A stretch of 64,000 nt of DNA from Eimeria praecox (lineage: Eukaryota), in NCBI GenBank assembly GCA_963920595.1, contig OY986948.1, positions 2,542,001 through 2,606,000 of the forward strand, in the 5' to 3' direction. Shown here piece after piece: positions 38,400 to 53,400 of the stretch (the first letter of the stretch is position 1; every line of letters begins with the position of its first letter). The notes below the pieces were generated by a model. The model did no database searches, was not told the DNA's origin, and worked only from the letters and a program-made list of their open reading frames with translations. Both the position numbers and the translations under genes were made by a program.

Positions 38400-41300
38400 G
38401 ATGAACTACCTCAATTATAATGACGTCGGGTCTATCCCTGTCGCGCATCTTTCTAGCAAGCGCGAATCCGCTCACGAGCAGGTTCTACATGCACTTGGCG
38501 TTTATTTACAGGATAATATCTTGTCCCTCTATCGAACACAGCGCACAATCTGCTCATTGTGTCGGTCCACAAGCTATGCATTCAATGGGAAATGCTGATG
38601 GCCTGTCCCACCAACATTCCCTGCTACCCCTATTGTCTAACTCAATGCTGGCCTTTGTTTGCAGGAAGCGCAGACGCCGCACCCAAACGTTTGCAGTTCG
38701 CCACTTGCCGCAACTTGCCAAAAGCTTAGCGCGTTGAGTCGTCAAACAGCTTGCAAATCTCGAAATTAAGAGTGCTCTTCCCCGGCATTACCAACTATTT
38801 ATGCAGATGCAAACTAACAGTGCGCAAAGGACCTTAGCAGCGCCTACGCACGACGCCTTCACGAAGCCCTATACACGTCTTTAGAAGTATTTCCGGCAAC
38901 TGGCGCCTGCCCAATTTTTGCAGCATATGCTCATTTAAACCCTTTGTGGCTGTGCACTTGCCTCCCGTGACTTCAGAAAGTCTTCCTACTATTTTCTGCG
39001 TGCGCATGTAATGAAACAGCAACCTGCCTTCCCCGAACGCTTCGCCTGCAGCTCACTGGCATGCTACTCGTGCCGGTTCAAATGGCGCACAAAACATGCC
39101 TGCGACTACGCTTCTCATTCGGTTGCGCGTGATGAGCGCACCTATGGGGCACTGGCCTGTTAGACTACCAGCAGAACTGAATATCTAAAGGTCTCTCCAT
39201 CTGCAAACCGGGAACACCAATGCTAAGGCCGAGGCATCTGCCAGCGCACGCGACGCTAAGCTGTTTCACAAAAACCCACAAACCAAAATGTTGTTTCTGC
39301 CTTCAGCTCCATGCTAGGCAGATGCACATGTGTGGATTTCGGCTGTGCTGCGCAGGTAGCTCAATCACACACCTCAACACGGGGCTGAAACACTACTGTC
39401 GTCTAGCTGTACAGGCAAAACAGTGTACAGTACAACCGTACGTCTGTCTCAAGACAGGGCAACGGCTCCTTCAAATGACAACTAAATACGAAAACCCAAA
39501 GATATTTGTCCGCTAAATGGTACAGGCAGCCTCAAAATTGCGAGACTTAGCAGATTGCAAGCAATTGTTGCGCCACGCAAGGGTTGCGGAGAGAGCCACA
39601 TCAATAATGCGTTCTAGAAACGCACCTCAACTTGAAGTAGCCTAAATAGCGTATTTATTTGTTCCAATAGGAATCTGAAGCATATAGTTGCGCAGAGCTC
39701 CAAAACTCCTATACCCAGTGGATGCAAAGTTCTATTCCAGCGCTGCAGGCCCCAAACTTTGTCAAGGCAGGGCACCACTGCATTTCTGGTTTCGGTTCAG
39801 CTATTTGTAGCATGGCGTTGCGCACTCGCTAAAATAGGTCCGAAGAGGAGCTTCAGTAAAGGGAAGAAACTGGAATATTAGCCTATCCGGCGATGGGCAT
39901 TCCCAGGTTTAAAAAAGGCAGCATACCATCAAGGGCGAAGGAGCACTGCACTGCTTGTGTGCCTAAAGACGCCATAATCAAACTCTTGTGGAGCAGAAAA
40001 AGGAGGCAGGCATTTTTGCCTAATGCAGGGCCAAACCGGAGACCTAGACAAGCGTCAGGCTGCCAGATGTCCGGCTATGCTGCCGGGCGGCGCACTTGTA
40101 TGCATAGCCACCTCATATGAGAACCCGTTAAGTTACAGTCATGTCGGCTGTCTCCTCTTTAATCTTCATCAGCATAGAATCACAAATCAGTCCTTCGAAA
40201 CTGCCAGCAGCAGTTTTTTAAGCAGTGAGTCCTATAATCCATAAATGCGCGCGCTACTCGTCAGGAAGCAGTGATAAGCAGCGCCTAAATCGAGCTAGCC
40301 CCTCCACTGTGGCTGCTAGCTTGCCAAAAGCCTAGGCCGCTCCACAGTGGTCTTCGGTAGTGTTCGTGCTGGTCATCTGTGACGCGATATCGAATCCGTG
40401 CCTTGTCCAGCTTTGGAAGGCGACACACTTGCTATCCCAGTGGATGCACAGCCCGATTTAGATCAAGTGCAGGTATCTTCAACTTAGGGTTAGGCACGGT
40501 ATGGCCGCACAACTCGCCAGTAACGCGTGCCGCAAAGACCTTCCGCGCACCGTTCCCTCCATGTCAGAGAGGGCCGTGCCCCCGTCACATTCGCCAATGG
40601 CGATACGGTGAATGGGAAATGCAGCAAATGCAACCCCATTTTAGCCGTACAGATCGTCCACAATAACGGGCCAAAACAGTGCCAACAGAGGTTGCGCAAT
40701 CTTGCTGCAGCTAAGGCATGTGGACAGTTTGCGAAACGTTTCTTAATGTTATGCAGAAGAGTTTCTTTTTTGCCCATCCGCTTGACTGTGATTGCGCCTA
40801 TAGCCAGAGCGCACGCTCAATAAACCTATAAAACATGATACGTTCACGATGAGCTGCTCCCGCTCCCCAATACGTGATGACGGGCGAGCCTCCTTCGGAA
40901 AATGCTGCGTTGTTGTGGAACTACTGCAGAGCAGTTAGGACACTTTTAGTTGCAGCCAAAGGGTCCTTCAACGCTCTGTGAGGTAACGCCACCACATCAG
41001 TTGCCCCTACTCTTGCCATAGTGGCGTAACCCGGAATACAGCTGTGCTGGTCACGGCAAACGCAAGCGCTAGTTAAGTAAAACACATGTCACACATGTGG
41101 CATCTCAACGCAGTGCTCGGTAGTGGTAGGCAACAGCAAGGATAGAAAGGCAGGGATAGGGCAGAATAAGCGGATAACGATGTGTTTGAAACGGTCATTA
41201 CAAAATAAGAGTCCAACCGGTGGCTCCTCCAGGTGCTAATCGGCATCACCGGCTTGCATCCACTCCTTCACAATTTGCCTGCATGTTTGCAAGCCAGATT

Positions 41301-43700
41301 GAATTAGAGAACTGCCGCACATCCTGCGTTTGGGGACACATATTACAGGGGAGGAAAAAGAACAACTGGCCGGTCATGCTTGCGAGCGGCAAATATGTGT
41401 AACAGCAGCTTTCCCAACTGGTGGCTTGCTGATGAAGAGAATGCGCTGCAAACAGGACCCTTTTCGCTCGTCAGTTAAAATAGCACTAGCATAACAGCTG
41501 TTTCGGCGACTGAAACAAGTCAGAACACCTTTTGCAACCACCTAGGCATACGGACTAAATTGCAGCTTCAGCCCTCTCCACTTGGCAGGCTGAGGACAAG
41601 GTATTGCTTCTCGTGAAGGGTCTGAAGCGTGCTTCGCTTGCACTCAAACGCCGCTGCCGCAGTTCCGATATTTGTGACTTGGTTACGAGATAGCCTGCAT
41701 GGCGATGCCTTTTCATGACCAACCGCGCAAACAAAAGAAGACCCGCAAAAGTTTATATCTTTTTTGCATGTTAAGCGGCGTGCAAAGAAGTATGCGCATC
41801 GTTGAATGGAGACAAAATGGGCATCGTTCTGGGAACGATCGGCAGGCCTAATTGTTGCCTAACGCAGGGCCGCAGTCCCATGCTTGCAATGCGCAGCGTA
41901 CAACTGCGAGCGGCGCAACTCGAGACATTGCCGACAAAGTAAGAACATGCACTAGACTCAGCAGGTCACAAGCCAAAACGCCGCATGCCCCGCGGTAGTG
42001 TACATGTTTCAGGTTGGGCCTACCCTCTGTAATCCCTTTAATACTGTCCTCTCTGGACCCACTATACAACAGAAGATTGTGGCCGGCGTCTAACTAGTGG
42101 GCCTGCTTATGCTCGGTTCTATCTCATTATTCCATGCTGCAGTATTCAGGGGGGCAAGCCTGCTTGAAACACTCTATTTTTCTCAAAGTAAAAGTTCCAG
42201 AACAGCTATCAACGCAATAAAGCGCCAGAGGCTACCAGAAATATGCCGAGGGCAAACCACGGGCACACCCATACGGGCAGCGCAGGCTGGCTACGACAGA
42301 AACCCAACTACGAGCTTTTATCCCATCAAGCAGTGGTGCGTCCTTCCATAGGCAGAAGCAAAATGGGGCCTAGCCTGGTGAGTTTACAACACGCAGAAAG
42401 TTTTGAACTCTTTTAAGAGTATAGAGTATATGCACCAAGTGCAGCTTTCCCATGATCCTTTTCATCGATTGTCCACCTCAATAAATCCAGCTATGACTAC
42501 GCTCCACTGTGCCATTAGTTATACGCATCCAGCAGCCATGCTTGAACCTTTGTGCCACCAGCATAGTAGAATGTAGCAAATCCTAAATGGGAGGAAAGGT
42601 CGTTCCGCGGTTCCAGGCAGCCCCTTGCCAACCCAGCAAGGCGTGTAGCACTGAACAGCGCAGCCATTTGAACGCCGGTACGCCCCGAAACACCAACACA
42701 GCATTCCAAACCAAAAATAATACTGATGTTACGGAGCATTATATGGCCTGCCTTAGGCCGCTGGGTGTAAAACGCACCAAAAAATTCCAAATGCTCATCT
42801 GCGTTTACTGGTTTCCTGAAGAAGGTTGAATATGTGCCCTTCTCGGAAATAGCCTTTCCACATCAAATGCGAATCGCTCATCTACTTCGTATACGGTGAC
42901 TGCTGGAGGCGCCGTGGTGTCATGGCAGAGATTGTTGGCACGCCTGTGGCCATGCCTTGACCAACAACAACGCACTCTCTAAGCCATGGCGACACTAAAG
43001 GTTCGGAGTGTGAGAACCTCATCCCACAATGCACAGAGCCTCGTGGAAGAATAAGCTCCCGCACTGGCAGCTTTTCGAGCTAGCAGCCACAAAGAACAAA
43101 AGCAGCAAAACGTTTCTTTTGCGGAAGCTCTGGCTTTCTGCCTGCTAGCAATAGCAAGTATGCAACCCAGTGGGCAAGGACAGGGAGCGCTACACATAAC
43201 CCATCAATCAATTATACATGCACCAGTTTATCAAAGCAGCTGGCCGGCGTCTTCAGGCTTTCCATTCTTGAGCGACCCGGGAGAACGTGGACTGCTCCAA
43301 CTACATCCAAACCCGACCTCTCTGTTTCCTCCCCTTCTTCGAAGAATCCCCTTGCTCGCTGAAAGTTTTTGTCTATATCCCAAGTCAGTCGAGTCCTTTA
43401 TCTACCCGCTAGCCTCTGATCTCTTCACCGAATAGAACGGACAAGCTGATCAGAATGTCAGCCTACACAATAAATGAGCCTGTAGAGCTGTTCTCGATGC
43501 ACGATTATAAAGAGCCAAGCAGCAGCTGTGCCCTGTGCAGATCGTTTGGCCATATGCTTGCGCTAAACTACTTCAAGCCACTGGCACGAAACAGAGGGCG
43601 CTTCGCACACAGGCGCACATGCCTGTACATATGGACGCAGCAACCACAACAGTTGCGGATACAACACACACGCCTAGCTGTTCAAATAAATAAGGGAAAC
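38400..43700 (+). mobile_element. Decayed Ty3/Gypsy gag-pol remnant C
   Basis: LHQHRI (~40165, protease end), PQRPSAHRSLHVREGRAP (40530, pre-RT; cf. PKRPHDHHILLVPG), LKQVRTPF (~41510, RNaseH), LFHAAVFRG...ICR...PIKQW (ORF 42097, INT HHCC region), QPSKACSTEQRS (~42630; cf. HPQSDGQTER), GALHIT...YQSSWP (ORF 43160, GPF/Y). The gag part (38400-39800) is weakly supported. Confidence 0.5.
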
Positions 43701-44449
43701 TTTTGCGCCGATAGCTTTGCTCCTGTTCGCACCAACATAAAGTCCTGCGAAGTCGCCTCGCCCCACAGGCAGGCATGGCTTAGGTGACGACTCGCAAGCG
43801 TAACGGAAGAACGCCACGCCAAAAGAGCTTTGCCACAACACATCTACACCATTGCACGCAACAGCCCTCGATCCAAAACTAGGGCTCCATAGTGCATCTG
43901 TTCCGTTACGCTATTCACACGCCAACACGCAATTGAAGAGGAGACGGGGGCCATCAACGTAAACAGTCACACCAGGGTGCTCATCGCTAAACAATCTCAA
44001 GCACACGTTGATCAATGCATGAAGCACGTATGCAGCGTTTGCATGATGTGGCCTCTTCGTACGATTGGCTTGGCCTAGGGGACCATTATGCCAGCTTTTA
44101 TACAATGTGTAACACGACGAAGCTGTTTCTGCAGTATTCATAGCATTTCGCACTTGCTGAAACAGTAACATTCACGACCAGCTCATCTATCATATGTAGA
44201 TCAGAAAGCCATTTTACTGGCAGTTAACAAACACTTTCCTGTTGAGCCCTAGCCATCTTTAACGTACAGATGCCAATCATGCCCACTGGTGAGGGACTCC
44301 CACGCAGGAGACAAAGCAGCGGCCGCACACCAAACGAAGTCAATGCGCTCCATCTGGTGAAATACCTAAACACTTAGCGTAAAGCATCCACTAACCGGCG
44401 TCAACGTTTCTTCGGCTATGGTGCTCATCGCTGCGATTGAGCATCACTC

Positions 44450-47400
44450 CATTTTATTGTTCTTCCGACAATTTTGACGGCGTCGCCGGTCCTGTGCCAC
44501 CTGCACGTTGGTAGGTAGGGGAGGATCAATACAACGAGCTGCAACCTATTAGTTTCCGAGCTTCTTCAAATTTACGCTGGCGACAATTGGAAGGGTGCGG
44601 TAGAGCTCTGAGGCTGGAGCGTACGGCGAGCGTATCTAACGGTTGCGCCTAAGCAATCTGGAATGCGCCCTCCCCATAACGATGGTGTGCATCCACCCAG
44701 GATGTCAACAGTCAACGATTCAGCAGATGCACAACTGTGTTTGCGTGCTAAACGCCAATTGCAAGAGAGCCGAATTTAGGACCGCGCAACTCTGCCAGAG
44801 CTTCGGCTGCATGTACCGTTAGGCGCATCTCGAAGTACGCTAATACAGAGCCGCAAAGCAAGGCCAACAGACTTCAGGCATATAACACAATTTGGCGCCC
44901 ATTACAATGGGCAAAATACGTATATTCAGAGTGATGCCCCCACAGAAGCCCGATTGTTTGTGCTATGAAGCAGAGGATGAAAGCAACCCTCGACTGCTTT
45001 GTATAGTCGGGCCAGCTGTACACCCTTCCACCCTGTAGTACTACATGCTTTGGCTATGCACCGCGTCATAACCAAAAATGCCTAAGAAAACGTCCTCAGC
45101 GCTCGAGAACATTTCAAGAGCCAGCACATGAACGAGCTAGGTATCACCGGATGGGGTTCCTTTCCACAAATGAAGAGTATTGACCCCATTCGTCCACACA
45201 CAGTTGTGTTTAACGGCTTCTCTAGATGCCTTATGATATGTAAATTGCTTCAATAGGTGCTCTCAAAGGCATATACCTCCTTCGGCAGCTTAAGCCGCTC
45301 CCTATAGTTTGACTGAGAGCAAGTTTGCCAGAACTTGGGTGCGTCCTCATATGTTTTCCGTTATGACGCACTAGCTGTTCCAAATAAGGATTTGTAGTGC
45401 TCAGAATTCAGTGGGGCTGCATTCCTTGGATAAAAATCTAGACCGGTACGGGCGTGACTGCATATGCTAAGGCACGTAGTAGCATGTTGTGCATCATTGC
45501 TACGCCCCCAACGAAAGCCCGCCGCAGTGCATAATTCAAGCTTTCAATTCGGTTCAAAGCTCAGCTGCGCCCGAGCTTCCAAGACCTCCTTGCATGCATT
45601 AAAAGCGCATTTCAGTCAGGTCACAGTGACCCCAGAAATCACTGCAGCCTAAACGTATACTGCCAAAGAGTGCAAGGGCGTACAGCAAGACGCACCAGAC
45701 GATGCTGGCTACGTGCAACTATCACTTGGAGCATGTATGGCAGCTCAGCGTGAGCACGAACACAAAATAAGACGTGTACTATCGTCGGCGTAACTCACAA
45801 TCCAGTTGCATCATGAAGCAGGGGACTCCATATGCCATTCAGCGTGTTGAGCTTCTGCTTGACTCTAAGGACGCATCCATCATCTCCCACAGAATGCAAC
45901 GCCACGCATTTCTGTGCAGCGCTTAGCCTGGTAACTGCATATTGAAGCACGCCGTTCCTCCCAGGGCGCTACCGGCACAATTTAACATGAACCAAAATCT
46001 ACCCTTATTGGCGCCTCGATCCCATGGACGAAGCTGATTTTCCACTTTTCATTCTGCTAAGAACAATGAAAGTAAACAGTGGAGGCTCAGCCCTTTCAAA
46101 CAGCAGCCCAAAATGCACGGCTAAAGGCTACATCCCAGCTAGAACATGTGCTGGACAGCACCAAACGGAGACCCTTAACCGCAAACGCAAAACCACTCCC
46201 AAGCTCCCGCTCCCGGGGTTAGCAAGGCAGCAAGCGGCAATACTAGATATGAATGCCGAGCAAATATCGGTTCTTCAACTCAACAGCGCCACACGAATTT
46301 TTGAGAACGACTGAAGAGCCGACTGTGCAGCAACTCTCACGAAAATACTGACTAGACTTAACTATTCTGGTTGCACTGTCTCTTGCACTCTAGGCTCTCG
46401 GCGACCGACATACTGCAAGGTATGGTGCAGCATGGGGCACTGGCATGTAGGTTGCATCAGATTCCTGCGCTAGCGCTCGCATGCAGGTTCTTTTCGTGCG
46501 TCGTATTAAATCAACTAACCGAGGCTTTTGGCAAGGAGGGGTTCTCTGTGCGTGCTGGGCGTCTGCGGGTTCAATGACGATTGTCACAATTGCATCTCTG
46601 GAAAGCAGCGTCGCGCTTTTACGCATGCTAAATTACCTTCAAAAAGCTCCCATCCTAAGGATCAATATAGGGTTGCCCCCAGTACCCAACGCAGTTCTCC
46701 AATTTTTCCATAATACAGCAATCTAGCTCTCTTCCCCAGCAGCCTACGCATGCTTCCAAGGCTTCGGCAGCACTTTGTTGTTGCGGAGTGATTGCAATGC
46801 CGCAATGCGGTGAGGCTCCAGTCTCAGAGTCTCCAGGGTCGCACACCTCGTTCAGCCGGAAAAATGATGCTTTTTTGCCTGCTTGAAGCTTTAACTCACT
46901 TTCTGGCCAAATCACCACATCTGCTTTGCGCAGAGCTAAGCGGAGTGCTCAGTAAGGCAAAAGGTAAAACGATGGAGATTAGGTATTGTTTATGAAGCGC
47001 AGTGTACTAAAGGCTCTGTCACCGTTTCTGCCTACACTGCGCTGACTCACCGAACCTCCCTAGGACGTTGGCAGTCTCTGACAGCCATGCACGGAAGTCT
47101 GCCTGCGGGTTAGCTTTAACAGTCTCTCCACAGTAACCACAAGCGAGACACCGCACGTGAGCAGTGTGTATCGGGAAGAATAACTTAGTCAGTGATGGGG
47201 GAAGATGCGCAAGAACACTATAGGGTGGCGTATTACCAGTGGCTGCCGCCGTCACTTCTTGCAGTCGAGCGAAGGCTACGGCCTAAAGGTGCACGGCGAA
47301 CGAGCAATTCAACACTTCTAAATTAGCCTATTTCCATAGTGCCCGGGCTACTGCGGTCATGCCGAGAAATATCGCGGCCAGCCCACAGCGCAGCAAGGCG
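44450..47400 (+). mobile_element. Decayed Ty3/Gypsy pol remnant D (RT to integrase)
   Basis: CALPITMV (~44664; cf. CAPTIMV), LQWAKYV (~44902; cf. LGGAKYF), CLLHS...VVLNQLTE (ORF 46371, INT), RMLNYLQKAPIL (~46622), DGD*VL (~46971), ACGLAL (~47101). Confidence 0.45.
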
Positions 47401-50400
47401 AAGCCAAACAAAATCCTGGACCCATTGTACATCGCTGGTGTGTGTCAAAAGCACTGCATAAAAGCAAAAGTGTCAGCGCCAAGCCGGCGCAGGCTGAATG
47501 GTGCACCGTCAATAAACCTCACCCAGCCACAGCATTGCCCTTCCCAAAGAATCTTATAGCCCACCTTGCAGCATTGCCATACCCAAGGCGCCGTACTGCC
47601 CAGCGCGAAAAACAACCACCAGCATGTTCTGAAAAATGCCAAAAAAGTGGTAATTGTAGTATACGCACCAGGGTATACACAATGAATAGAATAAAGTGTA
47701 CAAAGCATTATCAGCTGAAATGCCCACTCACCTTCTGCACTTCTCACCATGCCATAAGGCTTGCGTGCTAGGTAAAACCGAAGGACATCCCAGCCACCTC
47801 CAAAATGGAGCAATGCACGTACATGCGCTCGACGGCTGAATGCTCGACGTTTGTCCTGATTTTAGCAGCTGAAAACAAAACTTGCCAAACTGTGAGTCCA
47901 TTCGACTTTGCTTGTACATTTCAACGCCTGCTCACAAAGCCAAACTGCCAGCACGGGAAGGATGCACGCTGAACAATGCAATGCAGACAGCCCTCCTCCA
48001 CCCACAGCAATGCTTCGCCCAGAGAACGATATAGCCAATCTTCCAGCATTGCCATACCCAAGGCACCGTACTGCCCAGCGCGCAAAAAACCACCAGCCTG
48101 TTCTGAATAATGCCAAAAAAGTGGTAATCATAGTATCGCACCAGGGTACACACTGAATAAAGCGTACAAAGCACCACCACCTGATATGCCGGCTCACCAG
48201 CTGTACGTCTCGCCATGCCATAAGGCTTGCGTGCTAGGTAAAACAGGATGACCCGCCAGCTACCTTCAAAGTGGAGCAATGCACGCATATACCCTCGACT
48301 GCTGAATGCTCGGCATTTGTCCTGATTTTGGCAGCTGAAAACGAAACATGCCAAACTGTGAGTCTACTGGACTTTGCTTGTGCATTTCAACGTCTAGTCA
48401 CAAAGGCAAAACTGCCAGCACGAGAAGGGTGCACGCTGAAGAACGCAGTGCAGACTGGCCTCCTCCACCCACAACATTGCCGTACCCAACGCACCGTACT
48501 GCCCAGCGCGCAAAACACCACCAGCATATTCTGAATAATGCCGAAAACGTGGTAATTGTAGTATACGCACCAGGGCATACACAATGAATAAAGTATACAA
48601 AGCACCGCCACTTGAAATGCCGACTCACGTTCTGTACTTCTCGCCATGCCATAAGCGGTGCGTGCTAGGGAAAACAGGATGCCACGCCAGCCACCTCCAA
48701 AATGAAGCAACGCACACACAAACCCTCCACTGGTGAATGCTCCGCGTTTGTCCTGATTTTGGCAGCTGAAAAGGAAACGTGCCAAACTGTGTGTCCATTG
48801 GGCTTTGTTTGTGCATTTCAACGCCTGCTCACAAAGGCAAAACTGCCAGCAAGGGAAGAATGCCCGCTGAAAAACGCAGTGCAGACAGGCCTCCTCCACC
48901 CACAGCATTGCTTTGCCCAGAGAACGATATAGCCAATCTTTCAGCATTGCCATACCCAACGCACAGTACTGCCCAGCGCGCAAAAAAACCACCAGCATGT
49001 TCTGAATAATGCCGAAAACGTTATAATTGTAGTATACGCACCAGGGTATACACAATGAATAAACCGTACAAACGACCACCGGCTGAAATGCCGACTCACC
49101 TTCTGTACTCCTCGCCATGCCATAAAACGTGCGCGTAGGGTAAACCAGGAGGACACTCCAGCCACCTTCAAAGTGGAGCAACCCCTCGCATACCCTCCAC
49201 TGCTGAATGCTCGGCTTTTGTCCTGATTTTGGCAGCTCAAAAAGAAACGTGCCAAACTGTGAGTCAATTGGACTTTGCTTGTGCATTTCAACGTCTACTC
49301 ACAAAGGCAAAACTGCCAGCACGAGAAGGATGCACGCTGAACAATGCAGCGCAGAGAGGCCTCGGCCACCCACAACATTGCCATGGCTAAGACAGCGTAC
49401 TGCCCAGCGCGCAAAAAACCACCAGCATGCTCTGAATAATGCCGAAAACGTGGTAATTGTAGTATACGCACCAGCGCATACGCAATGAATAAAGCGTACA
49501 AGGCACCAACAGCTGAAATGCCTACTCACCTCCTGTACGCCTAACCGTGCCATAAGGCTTGCGCGCTAGGTAAAGCAGGAGGACACGCCAGTCACCTCCA
49601 AAATGGAGCAACGCACACGCATACCACCCACTGCTGAATGCTCGCCGTTTGTTCTGATTTTGGCAGCTGAAAAAGAAACGTGCCAAACTGTGAGTCAATT
49701 GGACTTTGTTTGTGCATTTCAACGCTTGCTCACAAAGGCAAAACTGCCAGCACGGGAAGGATGCACGCTGAAGAACGCAGTGCAGACAGGCCTCCTCCAC
49801 CCACAGTAATGCCTTGCCCAGAGAACGATATAGCCAATCTTCCAGCATTGCCATACCCAACGCACCGTACTGCCCAGCGAGCAGGAAACGACCAATATGT
49901 TCTGAATAATGACGAAAAAGTGGTAATTATAGTATACGCACCGGGGTATACACTAGTGTACAAAGCACCATGAGCTGAAATAGCGGCTCACCTCCTGTAC
50001 TTCTCCCCATGCCATAAGCTGCGTGTGCTAGGTAAAACAGGATGCCACGCTAGCCACCTTCAAAATGAAGCAATGCGCGTAGATGCGCCCCTCTGCTGAA
50101 TGCTCCGCATTTGTCCTGATTTTGGCAGCTAAAAAAGAAACGTGCCAAACTGTGAGTCCATTCGACTTTGCTTGTGCATTTCAACATCTACTCACAAAGG
50201 CAAAACTGCCAGCACGGGAAGGATGCCCGCTGAACAACGCAGTGCAGACAGCCCTGCTCCACCCACAGCATTGCCTTGCCCAGGGGACTATATAGCCCAC
50301 CTTGCAGCATTGCCATACCCAAGGCACCGTACTGCCCAGCGCGCAAAACCCATCAGCATGTTCTGAATAATGCTGAAAACGTGGTAATTATAATATACAC

Positions 50401-53400
50401 ACCAGGGCATACACAATGAATAAGGCGTACAAAGCACCACCACCTGAAATGCCTACTCACCTCCTGTACTTCTCGCCATGCCATAAGGCTTCTGTGCTAG
50501 TTAAAACAGGATGCCACACCAGTGGCCTTCAAAATGGAGCAGCGCACACACATAGGCTCAACTGGTAAATGCTCCGCGTTTGTCCTGATTTTGGCAGCTG
50601 AAAAAGAAACGTGCCAAACTGTGTGTCCATTGGCCTTTGCTTGCGCATTTCAACGCTTGCTCACTAACGCAAAACTGCCAGCAAGGGAAGGATGCCCGCT
50701 AAAGAACGCAGTGCAGACAGGCCTCCTCCACCCACAGCATTTCCTTGCCGAGAGAACGATATAGCCAATCTTCCAGCATTGCCATACCCAACGCACCGTA
50801 CTGCCCAGCGCGCAAAACACCACCAGCATGCTCTGAATAATGCCGAAAACGTGGTAATTGTAGAATACGCACCAGGGCATACACAATGAATAAAGCGTAC
50901 AAAGCACCACCACTTGAAATGCCTACTCACCTTCTGTACTCCTCGCCATGCCATAAGGCTTGTGAGCTAGTTAAAACAGGATTACCCGCCAGCCACCTTC
51001 AAAATGGAGCTACGCACACGCATACCCTCGACTGCTGAATGCTCGCCGTTTGTTCTGATTTTGGCAGCTGAAAAAGAAAGGTGCCAAACTGTGTGTCCAT
51101 TCGACTTTGCTTGTGCATTTCAACGCTTGCTCACAAAGGCAAAACTGCCAGCACGAGAAGGATGCACGCTGAAGAACGCAGTGCAGAGAGGCCTGCTCCA
51201 CCCACAGCATTGCCTTGCCCACAGAACGATATAGCCAATCTTCCAGCATTGCCATACCCAACGCACCGTACTGCCCAGCGCGCAAAAACCCACAAGCATG
51301 CTCTGAATAATGCCGAAAACGTGGCAATTATAATATACACACCGGGGCATACACACTCTACAAAGCACCATCAGCTGAAATGCAAGCTCACTATCTGTAC
51401 GCCTCACCATGCCATAAGCGGTGCGTGCTAGGTCAAACAGGATGTCACACCAGTCGCCTTCAAAATGGAGCAGCGCACACACATAGGCTCAGCTGGTGAA
51501 TGCTCGGCGTTTGTCCTGATTTTGGCAGCTGAGAGAAACGTGCCAAACTGTGTGTCCATTGGCCTTTGCTTGTGCATTTCAACGCCTGCTAACAAAGGCA
51601 AAAGTGCCAGCACGGGAAGGATGCACGCTGAAGAACGCAGTGCAGACTGGCCTCCTCCACCCACAGCATTTCCTTGCCGAGAGAACGATATAGCCAATCT
51701 TCCAGCATTGCCATACCCAACGCACCGTACTGCCCAGCGCGCAAAACACCACCAGCATGCTCTGAATAATGCCGAAAACGTGGTAATTGTAGAATACGCA
51801 CCAGGGCATACACAATGAATAAAGCGTACAAAGCACCACCACTTGAAATGCCTACTCACCTTCTGTACTCCTCGCCATGCCATAAGGCTTGTGAGCTAGT
51901 TAAAACAGGATTACCCGCCAGCCACCTTCAAAATGGAGCTACGCACACGCATACCCTCGACTGCTGAATGCTCGCCGTTTGTTCTGATTTTGGCAGCTGA
52001 AAAAGAAAGGTGCCAAACTGTGTGTCCATTCGACTTTGCTTGTGCATTTCAACGCTTGCTCACAAAGGCAAAACTGCCAGCACGAGAAGGATGCACGCTG
52101 AAGAACGCAGTGCAGAGAGGCCTGCTCCACCCACAGCATTGCCTTGCCCACAGAACGATATAGCCAATCTTCCAGCATTGCCATACCCAACGCACCGTAC
52201 TGCCCAGCGCGCAAAAACCCACAAGCATGCTCTGAATAATGCCGAAAACGTGGCAATTATAATATACACACCGGGGCATACACACTCTACAAAGCACCAT
52301 CAGCTGAAATGCAAGCTCACTATCTGTACGCCTCACCATGCCATAAGCGGTGCGTGCTAGGTCAAACAGGATGTCACACCAGTCGCCTTCAAAATGGAGC
52401 AGCGCACACACATAGGCTCAGCTGGTGAATGCTCGGCGTTTGTCCTGATTTTGGCAGCTGAGAGAAACGTGCCAAACTGTGTGTCCATTGGCCTTTGCTT
52501 GTGCATTTCAACGCCTGCTAACAAAGGCAAAAGTGCCAGCACGGGAAGGATGCACGCTGAAGAACGCAGTGCAGACTGGCCTCCTCCACCCACAGCATTT
52601 CCTTGCCGAGAGAACGATATAGCCAATCTTCCAGCATTGCCATACCCAACGCACCGTACTGCCCAGCGCGCAAAACACCACCAGCATGCTCTGAATAATG
52701 CCGAAAACGTGGTAATTGTAGAATACGCACCAGGGCATACACAATGAATAAAGCGTACAAAGCACCACCACTTGAAATGCCTACTCACCTTCTGTACTCC
52801 TCGCCATGCCATAAGGCTTGTGAGCTAGTTAAAACAGGATTACCCGCCAGCCACCTTCAAAATGGAGCTACGCACACGCATACCCTCGACTGCTGAATGC
52901 TCGCCGTTTGTTCTGATTTTGGCAGCTGAAAAAGAAAGGTGCCAAACTGTGAGTCAATTGGACTTTGTTTGTGCATTTCAACGCTTGCTCACAAAGGCAA
53001 AACTGCCAGCACGAGAAGGATGCACGCTGAAGAACGCAGTGCAGACTGGCCTCCTCCACCCACAGCATTGCCTTGCCCACAGAACGATATAGCCAATCTT
53101 CCAGCATTGCCATACCCAACGCACCGTACTGCCCAGCGCGCAAAATACCACCAGCATGCTATGAATAATGCCGAAAACGTGGTAATTGTAGTATACACAC
53201 CAGAGCATACACGATGAGTAAAGCGTACAAAGCACCACCAGCTGAAATGCGGACTCACGTTCTGTACTTCTCGCCATGCCATAAAGCTTGCGTGCTAGGT
53301 AAAACAGGATCACACGACGGCAGTCCTGAAAATGGAACAATGGATGAACATGCGCTGAACTGGTGAATGCTCGACGTTTGTCCTGATTTTGGCAGCTGAG

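Noticed and set aside
48387..49286. 299 aa minus-strand ORF (also 52978..53613, 211 aa)
   Set aside because: Antisense read-through of satellite monomers; not kept open in neighbouring monomers.
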